Part shown: positions 48,349-57,424 of the stretch, piece by piece
How positions within the stretch are numbered: position 1 is the stretch's first letter
How the letters are laid out: every line of letters begins with the position of its first letter
IMG/VR virus record: IMGVR_UViG_3300030673_000004
Coordinates: 124,001 to 188,000 of that record
Direction: 5' to 3' (one strand)
DNA: 64,000 nt
Notes under the pieces: generated by a model
Told to the model about the DNA's origin: nothing
The model's input: the letters and a program-made list of their open reading frames with translations, nothing else
Databases searched by the model: none
Program-made: the position numbers and the translations under genes

Positions 48349-49576
48349 GTCTCTCGCTTTTACTCTAGCTGCTGGTGCAACCACTTATATTTTGACTGAA
48401 TTGCGTCAGCAGCTTTTCCGTAAACTGACAACATCCTTCACTGCTAAACGGTCTGAGTCGGCTCTGGCTTACTCTTTAGTGGCTAAGTGGCTTGTTGATG
48501 ATCACATACTTGATGTAACAAGGCATTCAACTCTATCCTCCTTCTGGGAGGGGCATCGTTCGGGGTTTGAGGTAACTAGAAGATTGCCGCCTGCTGGGAC
48601 GTACTATGCTAAATATAGGGGTGTACACCTCAAGATTGAGTTGACTGATGCCGAGAAGAATTCTGATCGTAATCAGACTTCCGAACCCGTTATACAGGTT
48701 ACAGCTTTTCATGATGTTCATAAGGTTTTATCAAAAAAAGTGGCATCTCTATTTGCTGATGAGTTTGATACAGAGCGCTTACGAATTGAAGACGACCATA
48801 GTGATCAAATTATTCTTCGAGAGAAGCGTCCTCTGGACTCTGTTGTACTTGATCCAGAGGTGCGCGAGAAGCTTGTACATCACTTGGATTGGTGGAAAAA
48901 CGCTAAACCTTTGTATGCTAAACACGGTATCATCTACAAAACAGGTATTCTCTTAGAAGGTCCTCCCGGAACAGGCAAGACAAGTTTGGCACAAGCCATT
49001 GCTTCCTACTTGGATTTCCCTTTGATCTCTATGTCGGCTACAACATTAGCGTCTGGTAAGATAGATAGGGTTCGTAGCTGCATTCAGAAGAACTCTGTTG
49101 TTCTTATTGAAGATATTGATCGTGAGGGCCTAGGTAAAGCTAAGAAGTCTCAGCCGCACCGTGGAGATGAGGATGGGGAGGAAGCAGAAGACTTGGGTGA
49201 CGAGGAGGAGATGCCTAAATCTAGTGTTTTACCTCCTGCGTCATCTGATGGTGAGATTGGTAAATTGATGAAAACTGCCATCCTTGGTCCTCTTCTGGGC
49301 ATTTTAGATGGTATCGCCTCGCCTGAGGGGGTTGTTTTTATTATATCATCTAACAGAACAGAGGTTCTAGATCCTGCGCTTCTTCGTCCCGGTCGTATTG
49401 ATCTGCGCTTGTATTTAGACTATTTTACAGCAGAGAGTGCTGTAGAGCTCGGTGCTAAGTTTGGTGCTGATTTTGACACGGTTATGGATCTTGGTCGTAC
49501 TGTTTGGATGGAGCCGGGAAAGCTGCAGTTGGCGTTATTGCAGCTTGAGAAAGATAAAGATCAGACTCCTGTATGA
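48302..49576 (+). CDS. BCS1-like AAA+ ATPase
   Basis: N-terminal hydrophobic segment, RPLDSVVL, YKTGILLEGPPGTGKTS (Walker A), VLIEDID (Walker B), SSN and DPALLRPGRID. Confidence 0.85.
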   Translation: MQILTSKDTLGKTLVKSLAFTLAAGATTYILTELRQQLFRKLTTSFTAKRSESALAYSLVAKWLVDDHILDVTRHSTLSSFWEGHRSGFEVTRRLPPAGTYYAKYRGVHLKIELTDAEKNSDRNQTSEPVIQVTAFHDVHKVLSKKVASLFADEFDTERLRIEDDHSDQIILREKRPLDSVVLDPEVREKLVHHLDWWKNAKPLYAKHGIIYKTGILLEGPPGTGKTSLAQAIASYLDFPLISMSATTLASGKIDRVRSCIQKNSVVLIEDIDREGLGKAKKSQPHRGDEDGEEAEDLGDEEEMPKSSVLPPASSDGEIGKLMKTAILGPLLGILDGIASPEGVVFIISSNRTEVLDPALLRPGRIDLRLYLDYFTAESAVELGAKFGADFDTVMDLGRTVWMEPGKLQLALLQLEKDKDQTPV

Positions 49577-49959
49577 GAACGATCATAGCTGGAAGTCGTG
49601 ACATAACAGATATGTCAGAGCTAGAGATCGCTCTTCGTTCTTGTGGCTGGATACCGTCTACAGTTCTATGTGGCATGGCTAAAGGTGTAGATACCTTAGG
49701 TCGATTATGGGCCGTAGCACAAAGTATTCCTGTGGAAGAGTATCCTGCTGAGTGGCGTTCATCTGATGGCTCTTTAGATCGTCGTGCTGGAATTAGGCGT
49801 AATTGCGTTATGGGAGACCATGCAGACGCCTTATTAGCTCTTTGGGATGGCAAATCTCATGGAACGCGCCACATGATTAATTATGCTAAACAAAAAGGGC
49901 TGCACATTTTTGTTAGAATCGTGCAGCCCTCAATGCCCAGTATTTGTGATTTTCTATAG
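49573..49959 (+). CDS. SLOG/YspA-like (DUF2493-type) protein
   Basis: IIAGSR, GMAKGVD, AGIRRNCVM and LWDGKSHGTRHMI. Confidence 0.85.
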   Translation: MRTIIAGSRDITDMSELEIALRSCGWIPSTVLCGMAKGVDTLGRLWAVAQSIPVEEYPAEWRSSDGSLDRRAGIRRNCVMGDHADALLALWDGKSHGTRHMINYAKQKGLHIFVRIVQPSMPSICDFL

Positions 49960-49964
49960 CTAGG

Positions 49965-50243
49965 TTATCGACGATGACTTGCAAATGATCCTGGTGTCAA
50001 AACACCGTGTCGTTGAATTGCGACATCGTCTAGAAATTTCTGGTAACCCTCATTATCTAAATTGTTTAGGTGCTCAAACCACGGGCCATCCTCTTCTTCT
50101 TGCGCCATGCGCATCCTGTCAATGCCATCAAAGCTACGCATCCATCGGTAGAAAGTTCGGATACATAGGCACACAATAAGTATCCCCATGAGACCTGCAA
50201 AAAATACAGCGAGTGCAAAAAGAGTACTGTCGATGAATTCCAT
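49965..50243 (-). CDS. Small single-TM membrane protein
   Basis: Own promoter and AAGAGG SD; N-terminal hydrophobic helix and acidic tail. Confidence 0.7.
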   Translation of the reverse strand: MEFIDSTLFALAVFFAGLMGILIVCLCIRTFYRWMRSFDGIDRMRMAQEEEDGPWFEHLNNLDNEGYQKFLDDVAIQRHGVLTPGSFASHRR

Positions 50244-50275
50244 GGTTGTACCTCTTTCAGGAAGTTAGTACAGAC

Positions 50276-50304
50276 AATATACATTAATTTTGCATATTTG
50301 TCAA
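50276..50304 (-). promoter_or_regulatory. sigma70-type promoter with TGCA-N7-TGTA (minus strand)
   Basis: Reverse strand reads TTGACA-aatatgcaaaattaatg-TATATT. Confidence 0.85.
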
Positions 50305-50312
50305 TACGTATC

Positions 50313-50852
50313 TCATACCTTCTCGCCCGTAGGGAAGAGGACAGCCTCCAGATGATTCCACATATCATCGTGCTCGCCATTATACAGGGCTGTACGAAAA
50401 TCGTTGTATTCTGTTCTGTACATATCCATCTGGCGGGATCGTTCGCTAGCCGAGAATTCAGCATTCGTGATGCGATCAGCCAGCTTCACAATGATAGCAT
50501 CTTTGTTCTGACGGATCTTGGGATAAGTCTTTTCATGTCGCTCATGGCGATTACGGCCAATTTCATCTGTGACGCAGTAGACGATTTCAGCAACGCGCTC
50601 ACCAAATTCGGTGGCAATCTCGCGATACTTCACACCGGCATCTTCAACTGTGTCGTGTAGAAGAGCTCCCATGTGTTGATAGATGCCGTCGGTGGGGTCA
50701 GCAAGACAGATACCGAAGCGGGTGAGTACAGTAGACGCACTCAGAATATGCTGAGCATACGGGAGATTCCCATACTTCTGATCCTTATGTGCGCGGATAG
50801 CAAAGTTGAGAGCTTTTTGGTACCTGTGCGTGCAGTTGATTACAGTGTCCAC
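50313..50852 (-). CDS. HD-domain small alarmone hydrolase-like protein (RelA/SpoT HD, MESH1-type)
   Basis: AIRAHKDQKYG..PYAQH, ALLHDTVED, EFGERVAEIV..VTD and IVKLADRITN; AAGGAG SD. Confidence 0.85.
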   Translation of the reverse strand: MDTVINCTHRYQKALNFAIRAHKDQKYGNLPYAQHILSASTVLTRFGICLADPTDGIYQHMGALLHDTVEDAGVKYREIATEFGERVAEIVYCVTDEIGRNRHERHEKTYPKIRQNKDAIIVKLADRITNAEFSASERSRQMDMYRTEYNDFRTALYNGEHDDMWNHLEAVLFPTGEKV

Positions 50853-50886
50853 TGTGTGCTCCTTTGTTGTTCTAGTTCACAATTAC

Positions 50887-50915
50887 AATATAGTTTCTAT
50901 TTGTATTTTTGTCAA
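50887..50915 (-). promoter_or_regulatory. sigma70-type promoter (minus strand, operator half-site only)
   Basis: Reverse strand reads TTGACA-aaaatacaaatagaaac-TATATT. Confidence 0.8.
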
Positions 50916-50946
50916 GTAGGATTGTTAACAACCTCTTTAAGGGCGT

Positions 50947-51951
50947 ATGTCAACAGTACATCTACTTTTTTTCTACGATTCTACTGGTAGGGCATCAGTA
51001 TATCGTGAAATGCTGCGAAGCCCGAGTGATGCTGTGGCTCTTGCACGTGTTGAAGATGCTCAGGATTGGCTTGTTTATTCAGGGGCACCTGATGTTTTGC
51101 GCTCTTTTGTTCAATTTGTGGGTTCCACTAAACAGCCAACTCGAAACACTATTGTAGCTGCTGCTACAACAACATTTCATGGTACGGTTAAATTGACAGT
51201 ACAGGCTTCTGACTTCCACGCATCTGCAGCACCACAGACACGTCCTGGTGCTGGTGTGTATCCTAAAAATATAAACCCTCAAGGTAAGATGCTTTGGGAT
51301 CGTCTTATGGCTATGCCTAGGGTTGCCGATAACTTAGCAGGCCAGCAAGATCGTGCTGCCTGGGCAATTGCGGTGCAGCTTTATTTTAATAAAGCATCTC
51401 ATGCTAATATTGTTCCGTTTTCAGAAGATACTCGTGTTTCTCGCTTACCTCAACATCAAAGTGAGCAGCCCTTAACTCAGAAGGGTATACAAGAAGGATA
51501 CCTAATTAGGTCCTTTGTTCAACAGTTACATAAAAATCTAAAAACATATAATTTCGTAAGTAGCGCATCATCCGACTGGTTTATTCGTGATGTTGTGTAT
51601 GCAAACAACAAGTATAACATTGCTATCTCGAAATCTGTTCCTATCAACAGGTCTGTCGAGGATCCTTTGGCTTCTATTAAGCGTTATCTGGTATCTCGTG
51701 AGGGTTTTGCTCCCTACCCGAGAATGCAGAACACCTTGGTGTACCGCTTATCAGGTACAGGTTATATGCTAGTATCTTTATCTGAAAATCCGTTGCATCT
51801 GCAGTTTATAACAATTTTGGCTTTCTCTCGATCATTTTTAGAAGGTGCTCTTGGGCTTCGTCCTAATGCTTTGAACAAAGATGATCTGTTAAAGAAGCTC
51901 CGAGACTATACTCGTGAACACCTCTTATCAGACGCTAACTATCACGTTTGA
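50947..51951 (+). CDS. Hypothetical protein
   Basis: 334 aa; first gene of a tightly packed operon ahead of terminase. Confidence 0.65.
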   Translation: MSTVHLLFFYDSTGRASVYREMLRSPSDAVALARVEDAQDWLVYSGAPDVLRSFVQFVGSTKQPTRNTIVAAATTTFHGTVKLTVQASDFHASAAPQTRPGAGVYPKNINPQGKMLWDRLMAMPRVADNLAGQQDRAAWAIAVQLYFNKASHANIVPFSEDTRVSRLPQHQSEQPLTQKGIQEGYLIRSFVQQLHKNLKTYNFVSSASSDWFIRDVVYANNKYNIAISKSVPINRSVEDPLASIKRYLVSREGFAPYPRMQNTLVYRLSGTGYMLVSLSENPLHLQFITILAFSRSFLEGALGLRPNALNKDDLLKKLRDYTREHLLSDANYHV

Positions 51952-51957
51952 GGTGGC

Positions 51958-52431
51958 ATGAGTAAGGACTTTTTAATTGTACATCCTATTACCTGTAAGA
52001 CGGTAACAAAGCCTATTAAGGATGTGGATATTCCGGTTGGTGCTATTATTCGTAGTACTAATATGGCGGAAGAGTACGTAGTTGTATCTCCTGATACACT
52101 GGTGGATACCCTTATAGCTGTAGATATAGATAAGCACCCTCATGCTATTAAGCGTAAACCTTCCGTTATAGCAACAAAAGAAGAGTTTACTACTATTGAG
52201 AGTAGGCTTAAATCCGCAATTTCTCAATATACAGATCTCCCCGTTGTTCGGCTAAAGAACATGAAGGTGATAAGAGATCTCGGGCTGGCTAGTACGTGGG
52301 GACATGCAGATACACCTGCTTGGTTACATAAAATCAATACTGAGATTGTAATTCATCCATCTCTTGTAGTAGAGCCCTTCTTAAAGGGTAATGAACGACA
52401 TCTTGGTCTAGTTTATCATCACTTGAGTTGA
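51958..52431 (+). CDS. Hypothetical protein
   Basis: 157 aa, GAGGT SD. Confidence 0.65.
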   Translation: MSKDFLIVHPITCKTVTKPIKDVDIPVGAIIRSTNMAEEYVVVSPDTLVDTLIAVDIDKHPHAIKRKPSVIATKEEFTTIESRLKSAISQYTDLPVVRLKNMKVIRDLGLASTWGHADTPAWLHKINTEIVIHPSLVVEPFLKGNERHLGLVYHHLS

Positions 52432-52438
52432 GGGTACA

Positions 52439-52822
52439 ATGTATACAGTTCAGCTAAATCCTGCCGTATTTGATTCGGCATCGTCTCCATTTCCTGCATT
52501 TCTCAATGCTCCCGTTGAAGCTCGGAATAGAGTGCGTGTTCCTTTAGATACTATGGATGGAAATCCTTGTAACTATGAGTGGAGTCCTAAGCCTGTACCA
52601 CTCGGACCTGCTGATTCACCTATAGTACGTGAGCGTCGTGTTCTTTACATCGGATTGCAGCCAATACAATTGATAGATTCTATTGTAGAGACTGGTTGGA
52701 CGGCAAATAGCTATTTAGCTCGTTTGCTTGCTCATTATGTGGATACGGGACTTATCCTTGTTAAGAAAGACGGTACTGTAGTAACAACAGCAGCTTTGAT
52801 TGCATTTGCTAAGGATAACTAA
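52439..52822 (+). CDS. Hypothetical protein
   Basis: 127 aa, GAGG SD, TAATG coupling to the next gene. Confidence 0.65.
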   Translation: MYTVQLNPAVFDSASSPFPAFLNAPVEARNRVRVPLDTMDGNPCNYEWSPKPVPLGPADSPIVRERRVLYIGLQPIQLIDSIVETGWTANSYLARLLAHYVDTGLILVKKDGTVVTTAALIAFAKDN

Positions 52823-53142
52823 TGAGTTCCATATTTAATCCTATATCACCAAATGCTCGTTATGTATCACTTTGGGTGACATTGCTTGATAATTACATGC
52901 ATGAATTTCAAACAGTAGCAGATGATTGGGCACATTTTCGACGTGCTCTTACTAAGTACAGTATGGATAAAAAAGAATCCTTGGTTAAGCAGTTTATTGA
53001 GAAGAATGTGGCTGAGAAATTTGTATCCATTTATGGTAGTGGTGAAGTATCTGCTTCGGACATCGTACCTCGTGAGAGCATAGAGTCATTCTGCGAGATA
53101 ATTATGACACGTTTGGATCCGGAGACTCTTCAATATGTATAA
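52822..53142 (+). CDS. Hypothetical protein
   Basis: 106 aa, coupled to both neighbours. Confidence 0.6.
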   Translation: MSSIFNPISPNARYVSLWVTLLDNYMHEFQTVADDWAHFRRALTKYSMDKKESLVKQFIEKNVAEKFVSIYGSGEVSASDIVPRESIESFCEIIMTRLDPETLQYV

Positions 53143-53653
53143 TGTTGAAATAGCAAAGAACGACAAGTTTCGTTTAGTGGCTGCGGGAGCATCTTGCACA
53201 GTAAGTATTCAAGATATTACTGTTGGTACAACAACAGAACTTAAGTACTATAGCAACGTATCCGCTGCTTGGGTAGCCCAATCGTCTTTGAATCCTATGG
53301 TTGTGTCATCTACAGATACATCTATATATTTTTATGTGTTTGATGCCTCTGTAATAGCAACTGCTGCAACTGCTCAGCAGTTCCTTATTTTAACACGGGA
53401 TAGCACAGGTTCCTTAATAGATGCTATGGTGTTATTTGTTGGGTCCTCTGCTCAAAATGCTGTAGCTCGTATCGGTTATGCTGTAGCACCATATAAGAAA
53501 ACGATTTCAAGAACAACAGATACTGAAATTACTGTAAGTTCATATTCAGATACTGCTGGTACCAAAGAAGTGCTTCGCTATGATATTCAGCAAGATACTT
53601 CAGGTAACCAACCAGAAGAAACTCAGATAGATACTTCAAGCTTGATAAGTTAA
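53135..53653 (+). CDS. Hypothetical (possibly structural) protein
   Basis: 172 aa, beta-rich, Ser/Thr-rich. Confidence 0.6.
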   Translation: MYNVEIAKNDKFRLVAAGASCTVSIQDITVGTTTELKYYSNVSAAWVAQSSLNPMVVSSTDTSIYFYVFDASVIATAATAQQFLILTRDSTGSLIDAMVLFVGSSAQNAVARIGYAVAPYKKTISRTTDTEITVSSYSDTAGTKEVLRYDIQQDTSGNQPEETQIDTSSLIS

Positions 53654-54813
53654 TGGGAGATTTTGATATGCCTCATGATAATGTTAACCGTGCATTAGCT
53701 GTGCTAACTAGCTATTTGGAGAAATCTGGGCATCAGCTTGCTACTGCGTCTAATGCTGATGACGTACTAAACGCTTTTGATGCCATGCGTCAGAATCTCA
53801 GAGAAGAAGCGTATCGAACTCTTCTTGAGAATAAGCAAAAGTTATTTAATGACTTGCGTAGTGTGACAACAAGTTTTGGGTTGACTATCCAGTCCATGGC
53901 TGCTCTTGGCCAGGATACAAAACTCATGCAAAAGCTACAAGGAACCATCACTAAGATCACAGCCGATCTGTCGTTTACCGGCGAGGACGATGTTAATCAG
54001 GATGGCATCCGGGATAGTGCTGATATTGAAGAGCAGCCCAATCCAGCAGCACAAGATTTAAGTGTAGATCCTGCGATACAGAAGTCCGATGAGTTGTTTC
54101 AGTCGTTGGCTCTTAATAGTCAAGCACCGGCTGTTCCTGCGGAAGATGCTGCAACAGATGCTTTGCAGCAGAATCAGGGTGGCTTTGCTGATGATGTGGA
54201 TACCGATGATATGGAGACATCAACCCCCGGTAGTGGTGGTCTTGCTGATGATTTAGATGAAACGAAATCTCTAGATCAAGCTGTGGAAGACGCTACTAAA
54301 GAAAAAGAAGCTCCCGCAGAGCAGTCTGAAGAACAACCTGCTGAAGGTGAGGACGGTAGTGATCCATTTGCGTCTGTACCTGAGGATGGTAATGCTGGCG
54401 GTTCTCCTTTTGATGGTACCTCTAATGATGATACCGGAAATGTTGGTAGTGGTGGTACTCCTGTTGCTGACGAGGGTGGAGCTCCATCTGATGATCAACT
54501 CAATGACTTGTTCAATCAGGAGTTTCCTCCTGCAAAGAAGGCAGCACCTGCTGCACAACAAGCACAGTCTAGCGTAGCTTTAACATCTTTTGATGGCTTG
54601 TCTGCTATTAAGAAAATTCCGCTTCTGGTAGCAACGGCTGCTGATGGTACAACAGCTTTTTATAAGGCGGCTGCTTCCTATATGGATGGTGACACCGAAA
54701 CTGTAGCTTCAATGTTAGCTCAGATTAAAGAACAGCGAGGTGCCACAGCGGCTGTTAAGTCGCTAGCTCGGCTTATCCAAGAGTCAAATCTGGTTGAGTC
54801 CTATCGTATATAA
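53653..54813 (+). CDS. Highly acidic protein, possible head scaffold/core
   Basis: 386 aa; N-terminal coiled coil and a long Asp/Glu/Gly/Pro low-complexity centre. Function inferred. Confidence 0.55.
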   Translation: MGDFDMPHDNVNRALAVLTSYLEKSGHQLATASNADDVLNAFDAMRQNLREEAYRTLLENKQKLFNDLRSVTTSFGLTIQSMAALGQDTKLMQKLQGTITKITADLSFTGEDDVNQDGIRDSADIEEQPNPAAQDLSVDPAIQKSDELFQSLALNSQAPAVPAEDAATDALQQNQGGFADDVDTDDMETSTPGSGGLADDLDETKSLDQAVEDATKEKEAPAEQSEEQPAEGEDGSDPFASVPEDGNAGGSPFDGTSNDDTGNVGSGGTPVADEGGAPSDDQLNDLFNQEFPPAKKAAPAAQQAQSSVALTSFDGLSAIKKIPLLVATAADGTTAFYKAAASYMDGDTETVASMLAQIKEQRGATAAVKSLARLIQESNLVESYRI

Positions 54814-54835
54814 TGTGAAATTAGGCAGATAAATG

Positions 54836-54865
54836 AATAAAAGCACGTATTTGCGTGCTTTTATT
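54836..54865. terminator. Bidirectional-type terminator hairpin
   Basis: AATAAAAGCACG-TATTTG-CGTGCTTTTATT. Confidence 0.75.
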
Positions 54866-54962
54866 TTGTATGATATGCAAATTTTTAACATTTGAGTATG
54901 AATTGTTATATAACATCTATAGGGGATGTTAATTAAATTACCAATTTAATTGGAGTTGCCTT

Positions 54963-57107
54963 ATGGCTGCACGAAAGAAATCAGCTACCAGAATAGTAAG
55001 TTCTGAGTTTGAAAATCTACGGGCTTATTCGCAAGCAGAAGCTGTCGGAAGTGATTTTGATCCGGATGATTTGGTTACCCAAGCAATCAGTGCTGATCTA
55101 GACTCATCTGTATTTGAAGCTTTGGATGAGCGAGAGATACCAAGAGCACGAAATGTATTTGAGTTTTGTACGGGTCGTCAGTTTATGAATTCGACACCAT
55201 TCCCTCGTCAGATTCAGATACTTACTCATTTATTTGGTGATGCCTGTTATGACTGTAGTGATCAAGATCTGTTGTATGATATGTATGATCAGGATCTTGG
55301 AGAGATTCAAGATAGGATTCAATTTTTGGATCACGGTAGATGCCCTAAGTGCGGGAAAACTAGATTAGACTTCTATAAGTCTAATGACTGGAAATTTCCA
55401 CAAGCTGCTGCTCTACTGTGCGGTCAGCGTTCAGGCAAAAACGTAGCTCTTGTATTTGCTGCACATTATCAAAATCATCGTTACTTAACACTAGAGCGTA
55501 ATGGTTATCGTGTATCTCCATCCAAGTTTTTTGGTTTAACTCCGACATTCCTTCGTATGAGTTTTACAGCTATCACTTTGGAACAGGCTACGCAGAATAT
55601 CTGGGAGCAGTTCATTGCGAACCGTAATGAATCTCCATGGTATCGTGAATATCATGATTTTCTACGAGATGCTGGTAAGCGTATGGGTATTGAGTTGTTT
55701 ACGTCTAATGCTACGTATACAACATACCACCATAAAAACTTAGGTATCTCTTGTGCTGTTCCTGATTGTCGTAAGTTACGTGGGCGCACACGGTATTTTA
55801 CATCAGTCGATGAGATTGGCTGGTTTGACTCTAAAATTGATGTAACTCAGGCTAAGAAACTGGGTGATGCCGAAGAAGTTTGGCAGTCTTTGAATAATAG
55901 TTTAGCTACTATTCGTAATGCTGCTACAAAGTTATTTGAGGGTGGTGAGTATGATACCCCTATGGGTATTGCATTTGATATCAGTAGTCCTTCTGACATT
56001 AATGATGTCATGTGTCGTACTATTCGTAAATCTCGTAATGAACCACGTATTTTCACAGGTCACTGGGCTACATGGGAGTTCAATCCCAACTACAGTAGAG
56101 ACTCCGAGTTTATTAGACTAGAGTTTGCAAAGAACTATGACAATGCCCTGCGTGATTACGGTGCTATACCACCAGTAGCCGATTCACCCTGGATGCCCGA
56201 CCCAAAACCCATTATTGCTTGTGTTCGAACGAAATCCGACAAGCCTGTTATTTCTGTGAAGAAAGAAATATCCACTGATAACTTTGGTCAAACATCTGTT
56301 TGGTATTCATTAAACAAAGCGTTTGATCCGTATACTCCTAGAATCATGTCTTTTGACTACGGTCTTAACAATAACGGTTTTGGTTGTATTCTTGCATCGG
56401 CTACACCTGCAGGGGAGTTAAAGATAGACCATTGTATGTATCTGAAACCTGAGAAGGATCAGCAGATTAATTTAGGTAAGATGTTTAGAGATTTCATTTT
56501 GCCTTTAGCTACACAGACAACGACTGCTTTAGTGGCCTTTGACCAATGGAATTCTATTGGTGACGTGCAAGAATTACGCGATGCTAATATCGAGGCGCAT
56601 AAGTACTCATTGAAGCCCTTAGACTTTATTCAAATCAAACAAGATATCATGAACATGAAAGTAAGCTTACCTCCATCAGAGGTGAGTTTGGACGTATTTG
56701 TGAACAGATCAACAGAAGATGATCTTGTAGAACAGTCGTTTTTGAAGAATAATTTCGCATTAATCCTGCAGATCATGACAGTGCGTGATATTTCTGGCAA
56801 GTTACTAAAACCAAAGTATGGTGATGATGACCTATTCCGTGCCTTCTGCTTGGCTGTTCACTTTTATCAAGACCCCCGTGTTTTGCAAAAGTTACGCAAC
56901 GCTGGTCTGGGCTCAGGAAGACTCGGTGGCGCTGGTGTTGCTGTGCTTGGGTGTTTCTCTGGTGCAAGCACTAACCCTATAGAAGCGTACCAACGGTATC
57001 TAGATAGAGGAAATCCTAACACAGCTAAGTCTAGAATTACATCCGCAGGCTACTCAACACCTAGGAAGTTGAGCTTGTTTGCTGATGATAATGGTCCCGG
57101 TTATTAA
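54963..57107 (+). CDS. terL: Terminase large subunit
   Basis: PFPRQ adenine-binding motif, CGQRSGKN (Walker A), TSVDEIGW (Walker B), ISSP, RNase H-like RIMSFDYG, VAFDQWNS and GDDDLFRA; GGAG SD. Confidence 0.85.
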   Translation: MAARKKSATRIVSSEFENLRAYSQAEAVGSDFDPDDLVTQAISADLDSSVFEALDEREIPRARNVFEFCTGRQFMNSTPFPRQIQILTHLFGDACYDCSDQDLLYDMYDQDLGEIQDRIQFLDHGRCPKCGKTRLDFYKSNDWKFPQAAALLCGQRSGKNVALVFAAHYQNHRYLTLERNGYRVSPSKFFGLTPTFLRMSFTAITLEQATQNIWEQFIANRNESPWYREYHDFLRDAGKRMGIELFTSNATYTTYHHKNLGISCAVPDCRKLRGRTRYFTSVDEIGWFDSKIDVTQAKKLGDAEEVWQSLNNSLATIRNAATKLFEGGEYDTPMGIAFDISSPSDINDVMCRTIRKSRNEPRIFTGHWATWEFNPNYSRDSEFIRLEFAKNYDNALRDYGAIPPVADSPWMPDPKPIIACVRTKSDKPVISVKKEISTDNFGQTSVWYSLNKAFDPYTPRIMSFDYGLNNNGFGCILASATPAGELKIDHCMYLKPEKDQQINLGKMFRDFILPLATQTTTALVAFDQWNSIGDVQELRDANIEAHKYSLKPLDFIQIKQDIMNMKVSLPPSEVSLDVFVNRSTEDDLVEQSFLKNNFALILQIMTVRDISGKLLKPKYGDDDLFRAFCLAVHFYQDPRVLQKLRNAGLGSGRLGGAGVAVLGCFSGASTNPIEAYQRYLDRGNPNTAKSRITSAGYSTPRKLSLFADDNGPGY

Positions 57108-57113
57108 AACTAG

Positions 57114-57142
57114 TTGACAAATTTACATAAATAATGTAAATT
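57114..57142 (+). promoter_or_regulatory. sigma70-type promoter with an extended palindrome (leaderless start at 57149)
   Basis: TTGACA-aatttacataaataatg-TAAATT; AATTTACAT-N5-ATGTAAATT inverted repeat. Confidence 0.8.
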
Positions 57143-57148
57143 TGACTC

Positions 57149-57424
57149 ATGGTTTACTCCTGTACGACTTGGGTCTGTTTTGACTGCATGACCGTAGCTC
57201 GCAGGCGCTGCCAGGGTAGCGGTGCTGTGTGCCCCACTTGTCATAAGAGCATGGTTTCTTTAGGTACACGTTGGCGTGTTCCGAAGAGATCTCGTATGTC
57301 TTGGAAAAAGTTTCAGGAAATGCTTTTCGGCGTGTCCCTTTTATTAAGGAACGCTATTAAGGAACGCTATCATGAAACACTTGGTAGGTTATTAAATACA
57401 AAGGAGATCACAACTAATGGTTAA
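57149..57424 (+). CDS. Small zinc-ribbon protein
   Basis: CFDC...CPTC followed by a basic tail. Confidence 0.7.
   Translation: MVYSCTTWVCFDCMTVARRRCQGSGAVCPTCHKSMVSLGTRWRVPKRSRMSWKKFQEMLFGVSLLLRNAIKERYHETLGRLLNTKEITTNG

Noticed and set aside
50298-50990. + strand ORFs 50298..50660 and 50673..50990
   Set aside because: Shadows of the minus-strand HD hydrolase, which has clear motifs, an SD and a promoter.
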